The position numbers and the translations under genes were made by a program. Below, piece by piece: positions 35,440 to 43,807 of a DNA stretch of 64,000 nt. Under the pieces are notes generated by a model. The model was not told the origin of the DNA and searched no databases. It saw only the letters and a list, made by a program, of their open reading frames with translations. Origin of the DNA: Thermoanaerobaculia bacterium (lineage in GTDB: Bacteria; Acidobacteriota; Thermoanaerobaculia; Multivoradales; Multivoraceae); assembly GCA_963666565.1 (NCBI GenBank), contig OY762911.1, positions 2,944,001-3,008,000 of the forward strand. Reading direction: 5' to 3'. The stretch's first letter is position 1; every line of letters begins with the position of its first letter.

Positions 35440-36663
35440 ATGAACAGCATCGCCACACAGCTCATGCACGCCGAGCCGGCCGCGCTCCCCCTCGGCGCCG
35501 CGCCCGATTCCGCGGTCCCGCCCGCGAGCGGTTCCGAAACCGAGCCGCGCCGCGCCGCCGCGGCGGAGGACGACTTTCCGATTCTCGGCTTCGACCACCT
35601 GGAGCTCTACGTCGGCAACGCGAAGCAGTCGGCCGCCTGGTACTGCCACGCCTTCGGCTTCGAGTGCGCCGGCGTACGCGGCCTCGAGACCGGTGAACGC
35701 GAGCGCGCCTCGTACCTCGTCGAACAGGGCGATATCCGGCTGGTGCTGACGAGCGGCCTCCATTCCGGCCACGACGCCGCCCGTTCCGTCCGCCGGCACG
35801 GCGATTCGGTGGCGGTCATCGCGCTCTCCGTGCCGAGCGCCGACGAGGCGTTCGCCGCCGCCGTTTCCCGCGGCGCCGAGGCCGCGGTGCCGCCGGCGAC
35901 CGCCAGCGACGAGCACGGCGAACTGCGGCACGCGGCCATTCGCCTCTACGGCGACTGCGTGCTCCAGTTCATGGAGCGGCGCGACTACGCGGGCGTCTTC
36001 GGCCCGGGCTTCGAGCGCGTGGCGGAAGTCCCGGGCGCCGCGAAGCCCGAAAGCTGCGGCCTGCTCGCCATCGACCACGTCGTGGCCAACGTCGAGCTCG
36101 GCCGGATGAACGAGTGGGCGCGGTTCTTCTCCCGCGTCCTCGGCTTCAGCCAGCTCGTCCACTTCGACGACGAGGCGATCTCCACCGAGTACTCGGCGCT
36201 CATGTCGAAGGTGATGCAGGACGGTTCGGGCGCGATCAAGTTCCCGATCAACGAGCCGGCCGAGGGCCGCAAGAAGTCCCAGATCGAGGAGTTCCTCGAC
36301 TTCCACGAGGGGCCGGGAGTGCAGCACATCGCCTGCCGGACGGACGACATCGTGGCCACCGTGTCGCGGCTGCGCGAGCGCGGGATCGAGTTCCTGCACG
36401 TGCCGCGGGCCTACTACGACGACCTGGAGGAGCGGGTCGGCAGGATCGACGAACCGATCGGCCGCCTGGCCGAGCTCGGCATCCTCGCCGACCGCGACGA
36501 GGACGGCTACCTGCTCCAGATCTTCACCAAGCCGGTGGAGGACCGGCCGACGCTGTTCTACGAGATCATCGAGCGGCACGGGGCGCGCGGCTTCGGCGAG
36601 GGCAACTTCAAGAGCCTGTTCGTGGCGCTGGAACGCGAGCAGGCGGCCAGGGGGAACCTGTGA
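35440..36663 (+). CDS. hppD: 4-hydroxyphenylpyruvate dioxygenase
   Basis: DHLELYVGNAKQ, IDHVVANV, GVQHIA, LLQIFTKP, GFGEGNFKSLF (HPPD-type rather than HmaS-type C-terminus). Confidence 0.95.
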   Translation: MNSIATQLMHAEPAALPLGAAPDSAVPPASGSETEPRRAAAAEDDFPILGFDHLELYVGNAKQSAAWYCHAFGFECAGVRGLETGERERASYLVEQGDIRLVLTSGLHSGHDAARSVRRHGDSVAVIALSVPSADEAFAAAVSRGAEAAVPPATASDEHGELRHAAIRLYGDCVLQFMERRDYAGVFGPGFERVAEVPGAAKPESCGLLAIDHVVANVELGRMNEWARFFSRVLGFSQLVHFDDEAISTEYSALMSKVMQDGSGAIKFPINEPAEGRKKSQIEEFLDFHEGPGVQHIACRTDDIVATVSRLRERGIEFLHVPRAYYDDLEERVGRIDEPIGRLAELGILADRDEDGYLLQIFTKPVEDRPTLFYEIIERHGARGFGEGNFKSLFVALEREQAARGNL

Positions 36664-37589
36664 GCCTCGGCGTCCTCGCGGTCGAGGGCCCGCCGGGCGG
36701 CCCGATCGCCGGCGGGGATCTGACGACCGGCCGCGCCGGCTTCATCGAGCGCGCCCAGTCGCGGGGCGATCTCTTCGTCGAGCAGCCCTACGAGCTCTAC
36801 AGCGAGGCGAATCAGGAGACCTGGCGACGCCTCTACGGCGCTCTGCGCGGGCGCTGGCCGCGCTGCGCCCATCCGCGCTTCCTCGAAGGCGTCGAGCGAC
36901 TGGCCCTGGCGCCGGACCGCATCCCCAGGCTGAGCGAGATCAACCGCTTCCTCGAACCGCTGAGCGGCTTCAAGGCGCGGGCCGTGAGCGGCTACGTGCC
37001 GGCCTGCCTGTTCTTCGACTGCCTGCGCCGGCGCGAGTTCCCGACCACGATCACGGTGCGCGACGGCGCCCGGCTCGACTACCTGCCCGAACCCGACATC
37101 TTCCACGACCTGGCGGGCCACGTGCCGATGCACACGGACCCGGCGTTCGCCGGCGTACTCGTCCGCTTCGGCGAAGCGGCGAGAGCGGCGGCCTCCCGCG
37201 CCGGCGACGGCGACTGCCGCCGCGCGATGAGCGCCGTCCGGGCGCTGGCGCGCTTCTTCTGGTTCACGATCGAGTTTGGTCTCATGCGCCGTCCCGGCGG
37301 AGAGGGCTTGTGCGTCTACGGCAGCGGCCTGCTGAGCTCGGCGGGGGAGATCGAGCACGCCCTGGAGTCCCCGGACGTGCAGCGGGTCCCGTTCCGGCTC
37401 GAGTGGGTGGTCAACCAGAGCTTCGAGATCGACTCCCTCCAGCCGCTGCTCTTCGTGGCCGACGGCTTCGACCAGCTTGGCCAGGAGGTGCGCCGCCTGG
37501 AGCGCTGGCTGCGGGCGGGCCGCCTGGACAACGTGGCGCCGGGCGAGCCGGCGGTCAGCCGGGAGGACCTGGGCCGCGGCGCCGGATGA
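36660..37589 (+). CDS. phhA: Phenylalanine 4-monooxygenase
   Basis: YLPEPDIFHDLAGHVP and FWFTIEFGL iron-ligand motifs; GTGA overlap with hppD. Confidence 0.9.
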   Translation: MSLGVLAVEGPPGGPIAGGDLTTGRAGFIERAQSRGDLFVEQPYELYSEANQETWRRLYGALRGRWPRCAHPRFLEGVERLALAPDRIPRLSEINRFLEPLSGFKARAVSGYVPACLFFDCLRRREFPTTITVRDGARLDYLPEPDIFHDLAGHVPMHTDPAFAGVLVRFGEAARAAASRAGDGDCRRAMSAVRALARFFWFTIEFGLMRRPGGEGLCVYGSGLLSSAGEIEHALESPDVQRVPFRLEWVVNQSFEIDSLQPLLFVADGFDQLGQEVRRLERWLRAGRLDNVAPGEPAVSREDLGRGAG

Positions 37590-37599
37590 GGCGCTTGCC

Positions 37600-37919
37600 T
37601 CGGCACTGCTGGCCACGCCAGTCGTTCTCACGGCACGCACGCGCACCCTGGCGGAGTACAGGTCGCCATCCGCGGGGCAGTACGCCTCGGAGGGACGAAC
37701 GACGAGATGTACATAGCCGTCGCCGTCCGGTCGGGCGAAGTCGGTCAGGTCGATACCCGCGGTTGCGAGCGACGCTTGCGGTCCGGCGCCCACCAGAGTG
37801 GCCTCCCATTCCGCGAGCAGAGATCTGGCGCCTTCGATGCCGGGCCAGCCGAACGTCGGCGGATAGGTCGCCGGATCGCCATGGACGACGCTGCCCGTCC
37901 CGTTCAGCCAGAGCGACAC
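37600..37919 (-). pseudogene. Possible gene remnant
   Basis: About 105 codons of natural-looking sequence (SLWLNGTGSVVHGDPATYPPTFGWPG...) with no own stop; the frame runs on antisense through phhA. Confidence 0.3.
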
Positions 37920-38093
37920 GGCTATTCGCGATATGCCCGAGGCTCGCCGGAGCGGCGCGGCACGGCGCCCCCGGAAGCGCCGAAGTCTCCGGAGAGTGTC
38001 CGTCGGCGTAGGCGGTGGCAGGGGCGGCGGGGTACGCGGCGCCGGTGCCCGGCCGGAAGCCGCCCCGAGAGGGAGCGGCGGGTGCGAAGGGCT

Positions 38094-38699
38094 TCAGGAG
38101 GCCTGCGCGGCGTCCCTCGGCGGAGCTTTCAACGGCAGCGCGGTGGTGTGCTTGACCTCGTTCAGGACCATGCTGGTCAGCAACCTGTCCACTCCCGGCG
38201 CGGAGGTGAGATGCTTGGCCAGGATGCGTTCCAGGTCGGCATGGTCGCGGGCCACGATCTTCAGCAGGTAGTCGTACTCGCCGGTCAGGGAATGGCATTC
38301 CATGACCTCCGGAATGTTCTTGACCGCCTTCCGGAAGGGCTGTGCCGTGCCCAGGTCGGGATGGGTCAGGGCGACCTGGACGAAGCACAGCAGCCTGAGG
38401 CCGACCGCGTGGCGGTCCACGAGCGCGACGCGGCTCTGGAGGACGCCGTGCTGGCTCAGTCTTTTCAGTCGCTTCTTCAGGCCGGAGGCGGAGAGTCCGA
38501 CTCGGCGGGCGACCTCGGCGTCGCTGCGGTTCGAATCCGCCTGCAGGAGGTTGAGGATGGCGTGGTCGATTTCGTCGAGGGGGCGGGGCGTGGAGCGGCG
38601 CCGCTGCGGCGTCGCCCTGGGACGACTGCTTTCGGGTACCGGAGATGGTCGCGCGTTGTCAGGCACTAGGGTGAGGGATTGTCGTCTCGGCTCTGTCAT
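38094..38699 (-). CDS. Lrp/AsnC family transcriptional regulator (paralog of 33456-34022)
   Basis: DEIDHAILNLLQ; GLKKRLKRL; LLCFVQVALTH; PEVMECHSLTGEYDYLLKI. Confidence 0.92.
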   Translation of the reverse strand: MTEPRRQSLTLVPDNARPSPVPESSRPRATPQRRRSTPRPLDEIDHAILNLLQADSNRSDAEVARRVGLSASGLKKRLKRLSQHGVLQSRVALVDRHAVGLRLLCFVQVALTHPDLGTAQPFRKAVKNIPEVMECHSLTGEYDYLLKIVARDHADLERILAKHLTSAPGVDRLLTSMVLNEVKHTTALPLKAPPRDAAQAS

Positions 38700-38754
38700 T
38701 CCAGGAGCGGGAACGGATCACAACGGACTCGAAAACGGCCCGAACTGGACACTG

Positions 38755-38783
38755 TGTATACGACAGGCGAGAGGTAGTGTCAA
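38755..38783 (-). promoter_or_regulatory. Sigma70-like promoter for the second Lrp gene
   Basis: TTGACA-N17-TATACA on the minus strand. Confidence 0.55.
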
Positions 38784-38943
38784 CGTCCGAAACCTGTCGG
38801 ATCGAGACGGCTCGGTCGGACCGGATTTCGGCTGCTACTCCTGGAAGAGTCGATTCGATGCCAAGCACTCTGGAAGTGCCGGGTTTCGTTCCGAACGGCG
38901 CCGCCGGGATCGCGGATTCGGTTACGATTCCTCACCCTTTCCG

Positions 38944-40860
38944 TCAATGCTGGACGCGGGGCGAGACGTTCGCTGCGCAGCGTCCGCCGAAGGCGCCGGT
39001 GTCCGTGATTGCAGGCGCCGGCGTGCCGGCCTCCTTGACGTACGTCTTCGACTCGCCGTTCTCGGTGTCCCGGACGGTCAGCTCCATGCCGAGCGTCGTC
39101 GCCGAGGCCGCGTACACCCAGTGGTGGCCGTTGTAGCCGCAGCCGTCCAGCACCTTGACGAGGACCTCCCAGTTGTCGTCGTCGAAGAAGCAGAACAGGC
39201 CCGAGTCGTCCGTCCGCGGGCGGATCGTCCGGGCCGGACCCCCTTCGCCGGCGCCGGTTCCGTCCGCGGCGCCCGGCGACCAGGCCAACGAGACCTCGTA
39301 GCGGCCGTTCAGCAGGCAGAGCGTCGTGTCCGTCTCCGTGCAGCCGCCGCCGTCCCGCGTGGCCGGCGTCTCGTTCGTGGCGGCGGAGGCGGCGCCCGCC
39401 GGACCGGCGTGGGCCGGGCCGCCGGCCGCCAGCGCGGTCCTGGCCGTGAGCCAGGGCGTGGGAGCGAACCGCCGCGCGGCCGCGACCGACGAGGCCGCGG
39501 AGTCCGGGCACGCCGCGAACGCGTCGCCGTCCGTGATCGCCGGCGAGGGCATCGCCGGTTCGTTCCGGTACTCCCGGAGGACGCCCGTCGCCGTGTCCCG
39601 GACGCGCAGGGCGTAGCCGAGGTCGGTGGCGGACGCGGCGTACACCCAGTGGCGATCGTTGAGGGCGCAGCCGTCGAGGACCTTGACCAGCATCTCCCAG
39701 TTGTCTTCGTCGAAGAACCGGAACAGGCCGGAGTCGTTCGTGCCCTCGCGGACGACGTTCGCGTCGCCGCTCCGGCCGTCGGCCGTCCACCAGCCGAGGG
39801 AGAGCGCGTAGCGCGAGTCCCGAAGGCACAGCGTGGTGGCCGCGGCTTGGCAAGTTCCCGCGGGCCGCGAAGCCTCGACGAGGAACTTCAGCGAGGCCGT
39901 GCTCTCCCGCTTGCCGTCGAGCGACACGGTGAGGGACACGTCGTGGAAGCCCGGCGACTCGAACGCGTGGTCGACGGTGGAGCTTCGCGACGTGGAGGCG
40001 CCGTGGAAGTTCCAGAGGCGGTGCCGAACGGTGCCGGTGCTCACGTCGAGGAATCGGAGGGGCGTGCCGGTCGTGGCCCGGCAGAGACCGTCCTCGCAGG
40101 GGACGTCGACCCCGATGGCCGCCGTCGGGTGCCTGTCCGGCGCCTGCTCGGAATCGGTGGTGAACGTCGCGTCGCCGGTTTCGGCGCTGTCGCCGCAGCC
40201 GGGGACGGTCCAGACCCTGTAGGTGTACTCGCTGGCCGGTCGCAGACCGGTCAGCTTCGCGGTCGTCGTGCCCGCCGGCACCTCGATGCAGGCCGCGCCC
40301 GGCTGGCTGCCGCGGTACCACCAGGGACCCGCGAAGTCGACGACCGAGAGGATGGCCGAAGTCGCGGTGATGTCCGAGACTTCCAGGTTCGCGACGGCGG
40401 TTTCTCCGGGCGGGTTCCCGGGTGGCCGGAGCAGGGTCGTGAACTCGGCGGGGCTGCCGAGGCCACTGGTGCAAAGGCTGTCGCTGAAGGCCCCGAAGCG
40501 GTAGTCGACGCCGGGGGTCAGACCGGTCACTTTCGCGGTCGCCCCGCTCACCGGTCCCGTGCATCCGGCGACGCTCGAGGTGCCGCCCACTACCTGTCCC
40601 CAGTACCAGTCCCCAACGTAGCCGTCGCGGGAGAGCGTCAGCGTTGCGGAGTCGTTGGTGACGTTGCCGGCGGCGAGGCTCTGGGCCGCGACGGGGGCAG
40701 AGGGCGCGAGGAGAGCCAGCAGCAGGGTGGCCGCGACGGCGAGCCGCGGGTGGGGATGTCGAGGCGGCGCGCTTCCGTTCCGGACACGGTCGCGGAAAGG
40801 ACTGGAGGGCGCCGCGCTCGGGACGCGGCGTGTACGGGACGCGATACGCATTGTCAACAT
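38944..40860 (-). CDS. Secreted FN3-like/PKD protein with two Cys-rich C-terminal repeats (paralog 1)
   Basis: Signal peptide; TGLTPGVDYRF and TGLRPASEYTY FN3 ends; PKD-like HAFESPGFHDVSLTV; two SGLF.FF..DNWE.LVKVLDGC repeats. Confidence 0.85.
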   Translation of the reverse strand: MLTMRIASRTRRVPSAAPSSPFRDRVRNGSAPPRHPHPRLAVAATLLLALLAPSAPVAAQSLAAGNVTNDSATLTLSRDGYVGDWYWGQVVGGTSSVAGCTGPVSGATAKVTGLTPGVDYRFGAFSDSLCTSGLGSPAEFTTLLRPPGNPPGETAVANLEVSDITATSAILSVVDFAGPWWYRGSQPGAACIEVPAGTTTAKLTGLRPASEYTYRVWTVPGCGDSAETGDATFTTDSEQAPDRHPTAAIGVDVPCEDGLCRATTGTPLRFLDVSTGTVRHRLWNFHGASTSRSSTVDHAFESPGFHDVSLTVSLDGKRESTASLKFLVEASRPAGTCQAAATTLCLRDSRYALSLGWWTADGRSGDANVVREGTNDSGLFRFFDEDNWEMLVKVLDGCALNDRHWVYAASATDLGYALRVRDTATGVLREYRNEPAMPSPAITDGDAFAACPDSAASSVAAARRFAPTPWLTARTALAAGGPAHAGPAGAASAATNETPATRDGGGCTETDTTLCLLNGRYEVSLAWSPGAADGTGAGEGGPARTIRPRTDDSGLFCFFDDDNWEVLVKVLDGCGYNGHHWVYAASATTLGMELTVRDTENGESKTYVKEAGTPAPAITDTGAFGGRCAANVSPRVQH

Positions 40861-40897
40861 ACGGAACTCCGTGAACCCTGCGAGGAGGCTGCCCGCG

Positions 40898-43669
40898 TCA
40901 ACGATCAGCCGCGAGCGCGGTTTCCGTCGCGCAGCGTCCGCCGAACGCCCCGGCGTCCACGATCGCCGGCGCGGGCTCGCCAGCCTCCTTGAACCAGGTC
41001 TTCGATTCGCCGTTCTCCGCGTCGCGGACGGTCAGCTCCAGGCCGACCGTCGTCGCCGAAGCCGCGTACACCCAGTGGTGGCCGTTGTACGCGCAGCCGT
41101 CGAGCACCTTGACCAGCATCTCCCAGTTGTCGCCGGTGAAGAACCAGAACAGGCCCGAGTCGTCGGTCCGCGCCCGGACCGTCCGGCCCGGCCCCCCTTC
41201 GGCGGGTTGGCTTCCGTTCGCGGCGCCCCGCGACCAGGCGACGGACACTTCGTAGCGGCCGTTCAGCAGGCAGAGCGTCGTCGCCGTCTCCGTGCAGCCG
41301 CCGTCCTCCGTCGCCGGCGCGGCGTGGCCCGGATTCGCGCCGGGCGAGTCGCCGGCGGCCGGCGTCGCGGGGGCCGCCGCGGACGAGGGCGGAAGAGCGG
41401 CGGCCCACGCTTCCGCGAGCGACGAGGCCGCCGAAGGCTCGCACGCCGCCGCGAAGGCGTCGCCGTCGGCGACGGCCGGCGAGGGCATGCCCGGCTCGTT
41501 GCGATACTCCTTGACGACGTCCGTCACGGTGTCCCGAACGTTCAGTTCGTAGCCGAGGTTGGTGGCTGACGCGGCGTACACCCAGTGGCGGCCGTTCAGG
41601 CTGCAGCCGTCGAGCACCTTGACCAGCATCTCCCAGTTGTCCTCGTCGAAGAACCGGAACAGGCCGGAGTCGTTCGTGCCCTCGCGGACGACCGGCGCGT
41701 CGCCGCTCGGGCCGTCGGCCGTCCACCAGCGGAGCGAGAGTTCGTAGCGCGAGTCCCGCAGGCACAGAGTGGTGGCCGTGGCCTGGCACGTTCCCGCGGG
41801 CCGGGAAGCCTCGACGAGGAACTTGAGCGACGCCGTGCTCTCCCGCTCGCCGTCGAGCGACACGGTGAGGGACACGTCGTGGAAGCCCGGCGACTCGAAC
41901 GCGTGGAAGACGGAGGAGCTTCGCGACGTGGAGGCGCCGTGGAAGTCCCAGAGCCGGTAGCGAACGGTACCGGTGCTTGTGTCGAGAAATCGGACGGGCG
42001 TACCGGTCGTGGCCCGGCAGAGGCCGTCCTCGCAGCGGACGTCGACGCCGATGGCGGCCGTCGGGTGCCTGTCCGGAGGCGACTCCGTGGTGAACGTCGT
42101 ACTCTCGATCTCGAAGCCTTCCGTGCAGCCGGCGCTGTTCCAGATCCTGTAGGTGTACTTCGTGCCGGGTTTCAGGCCGGCGAGGCGCACGGTCGTCGTG
42201 CCCGCCGGAACCGCGATGCATGCCGCGCCGCGCTGGCTGCCCCGGTACCACCAGGGACCCTGGTAGTCGCCGATCGAAAGGGTTGCGGAAGTCGGCGTGA
42301 CCCTTGAGATCTCCGGGGTCTCGATGACGGGTCCGGGAGGTTCGACCAAGGTCGTGAACTCGATGAGATCGCCCAGACTGAGAGTGCAGGAATCGTTGCT
42401 GAAGGCCGTGGCTGCGTAGTTCGTGCCGGGTGCGAGCCCCGTCAGTCGCACGGTCTCTCCGCTCACCGGTCCTTCGCACTCGGCGCCGAGTTCGCCGAGC
42501 GAGGTGCCGTCTTTGGCGCCGCGGGCCGCTTTCAGGTAGTGCCAGTCGCCTTGACCCCTGTAGCTGCCGAGCGTCAACGTCGCTCCGCTGCTGGAGATGT
42601 TGGACGCGGTCAGCGATTCCGCAGCCGGCGTGCCGCTCACCTCGTCGGACCATTCGCCGTAGTCGCTGGCGCCAACCGTCGCGAGAGACCGCACGCGCAC
42701 GGTGTACTCCGTGCCGTTGGCCATGTCGGCCTTCCCCGCGCCGGGGAGCGTGACCCATGTATTGAGCGTGGAATTCAGCGAGCCCTGGCCGCCGGACGTG
42801 TCCGCCCGGGTCTGCCGGTCCCCGTCGTTGTAGTCCGAATCGGTACTCGACTTCCACTGAATCTCGTAGGCTTCGGCGTCGCTCTGCCCGGTCCACTCCA
42901 CGTACAACCCCAGATTGGCCTTGTCGCCATTCAGGGGCGAAACCGTCATGTTCGCCACCTGCGCCCTCAGCGTGGCGGACGCGGCCGCCGTGGCCAGTTC
43001 GGTGCTACAGGCGTTGTCGTCGTACGCCTTGAATGTGTAGCTCGTGTCCGGGGCCAGACCGGTTGCCGTCGCCGTCGTCGTTCCGGCCGCTACCTGGGAC
43101 GAGCAACTGCCTCCGGCGGGCGTCGTGTACTTGTACCACCAGGCGCCGCTGTGACTGGTCAGATTCAGCGTCAGACTGGTGGCGGTCTTGGTGTTGTAGC
43201 TGTTGTGAGCCGCGTTCGAGGTTTCGTCGACCGACAAAGAGGGGCCCGAAGTCGTTCTGAAGTCCACTTCGAGATTCTTGTCGTTGATGTGGCGCGAACT
43301 GGGCGGTCCTGAACAAGTGGCCCAGACGGTGACCGTGTGGCTCGCACCCTGCGTCAGTTCGGTGATCGTGACGCTGTCTCCGGATATGTCGCCTCTACAG
43401 TTGATCACGGTACCGCCCGACACGCTGTACTGCCAGTTCCCGGTGTAGCCGGCACGGGTGAGCGTGATCGTCACGGAGTTGTTGCCGATGTTGCTGGCGG
43501 CGATGCTCTGGGCCGTGGCGGGCGCCGACAGCCCGAGGAAGGCGGCGACCAGCGTGGCCGCGAGGGCGAGACGCGGGAGGAAGCGCGAGGCGAGGCGCGC
43601 GGGATGGGTCGGCGATTGCGCGGCCGGCCGCGCCTTGGGCGTAGTGGGTGCCGGGGCTTCCATGCTCAT
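40898..43669 (-). CDS. Secreted FN3-like/PKD protein with two Cys-rich C-terminal repeats (paralog 2)
   Basis: RBS AAGGAG; same architecture with about 5 FN3-like modules. Confidence 0.85.
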   Translation of the reverse strand: MSMEAPAPTTPKARPAAQSPTHPARLASRFLPRLALAATLVAAFLGLSAPATAQSIAASNIGNNSVTITLTRAGYTGNWQYSVSGGTVINCRGDISGDSVTITELTQGASHTVTVWATCSGPPSSRHINDKNLEVDFRTTSGPSLSVDETSNAAHNSYNTKTATSLTLNLTSHSGAWWYKYTTPAGGSCSSQVAAGTTTATATGLAPDTSYTFKAYDDNACSTELATAAASATLRAQVANMTVSPLNGDKANLGLYVEWTGQSDAEAYEIQWKSSTDSDYNDGDRQTRADTSGGQGSLNSTLNTWVTLPGAGKADMANGTEYTVRVRSLATVGASDYGEWSDEVSGTPAAESLTASNISSSGATLTLGSYRGQGDWHYLKAARGAKDGTSLGELGAECEGPVSGETVRLTGLAPGTNYAATAFSNDSCTLSLGDLIEFTTLVEPPGPVIETPEISRVTPTSATLSIGDYQGPWWYRGSQRGAACIAVPAGTTTVRLAGLKPGTKYTYRIWNSAGCTEGFEIESTTFTTESPPDRHPTAAIGVDVRCEDGLCRATTGTPVRFLDTSTGTVRYRLWDFHGASTSRSSSVFHAFESPGFHDVSLTVSLDGERESTASLKFLVEASRPAGTCQATATTLCLRDSRYELSLRWWTADGPSGDAPVVREGTNDSGLFRFFDEDNWEMLVKVLDGCSLNGRHWVYAASATNLGYELNVRDTVTDVVKEYRNEPGMPSPAVADGDAFAAACEPSAASSLAEAWAAALPPSSAAAPATPAAGDSPGANPGHAAPATEDGGCTETATTLCLLNGRYEVSVAWSRGAANGSQPAEGGPGRTVRARTDDSGLFWFFTGDNWEMLVKVLDGCAYNGHHWVYAASATTVGLELTVRDAENGESKTWFKEAGEPAPAIVDAGAFGGRCATETALAADR

Positions 43670-43807
43670 TTCCGTTCTCCTTGAAGGTCGCTCCGCAGTC
43701 GTGCGGCCACGTATCGCTTCGTCGCCGATCATCGCGTTGTCGGAGGTTCTCGCGCCCCGAACCGGCTGCGGAGCTGCTTGCGCGGTTGCGATTTCGCACT
43801 CGCCGCG

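Noticed and set aside
35440-36663. hppD as hydroxymandelate synthase of a hydroxyphenylglycine pathway
   Set aside because: The C-terminal GFGEGNFKSLF motif is HPPD-type, and there is no NRPS or mandelate oxidase in the window.
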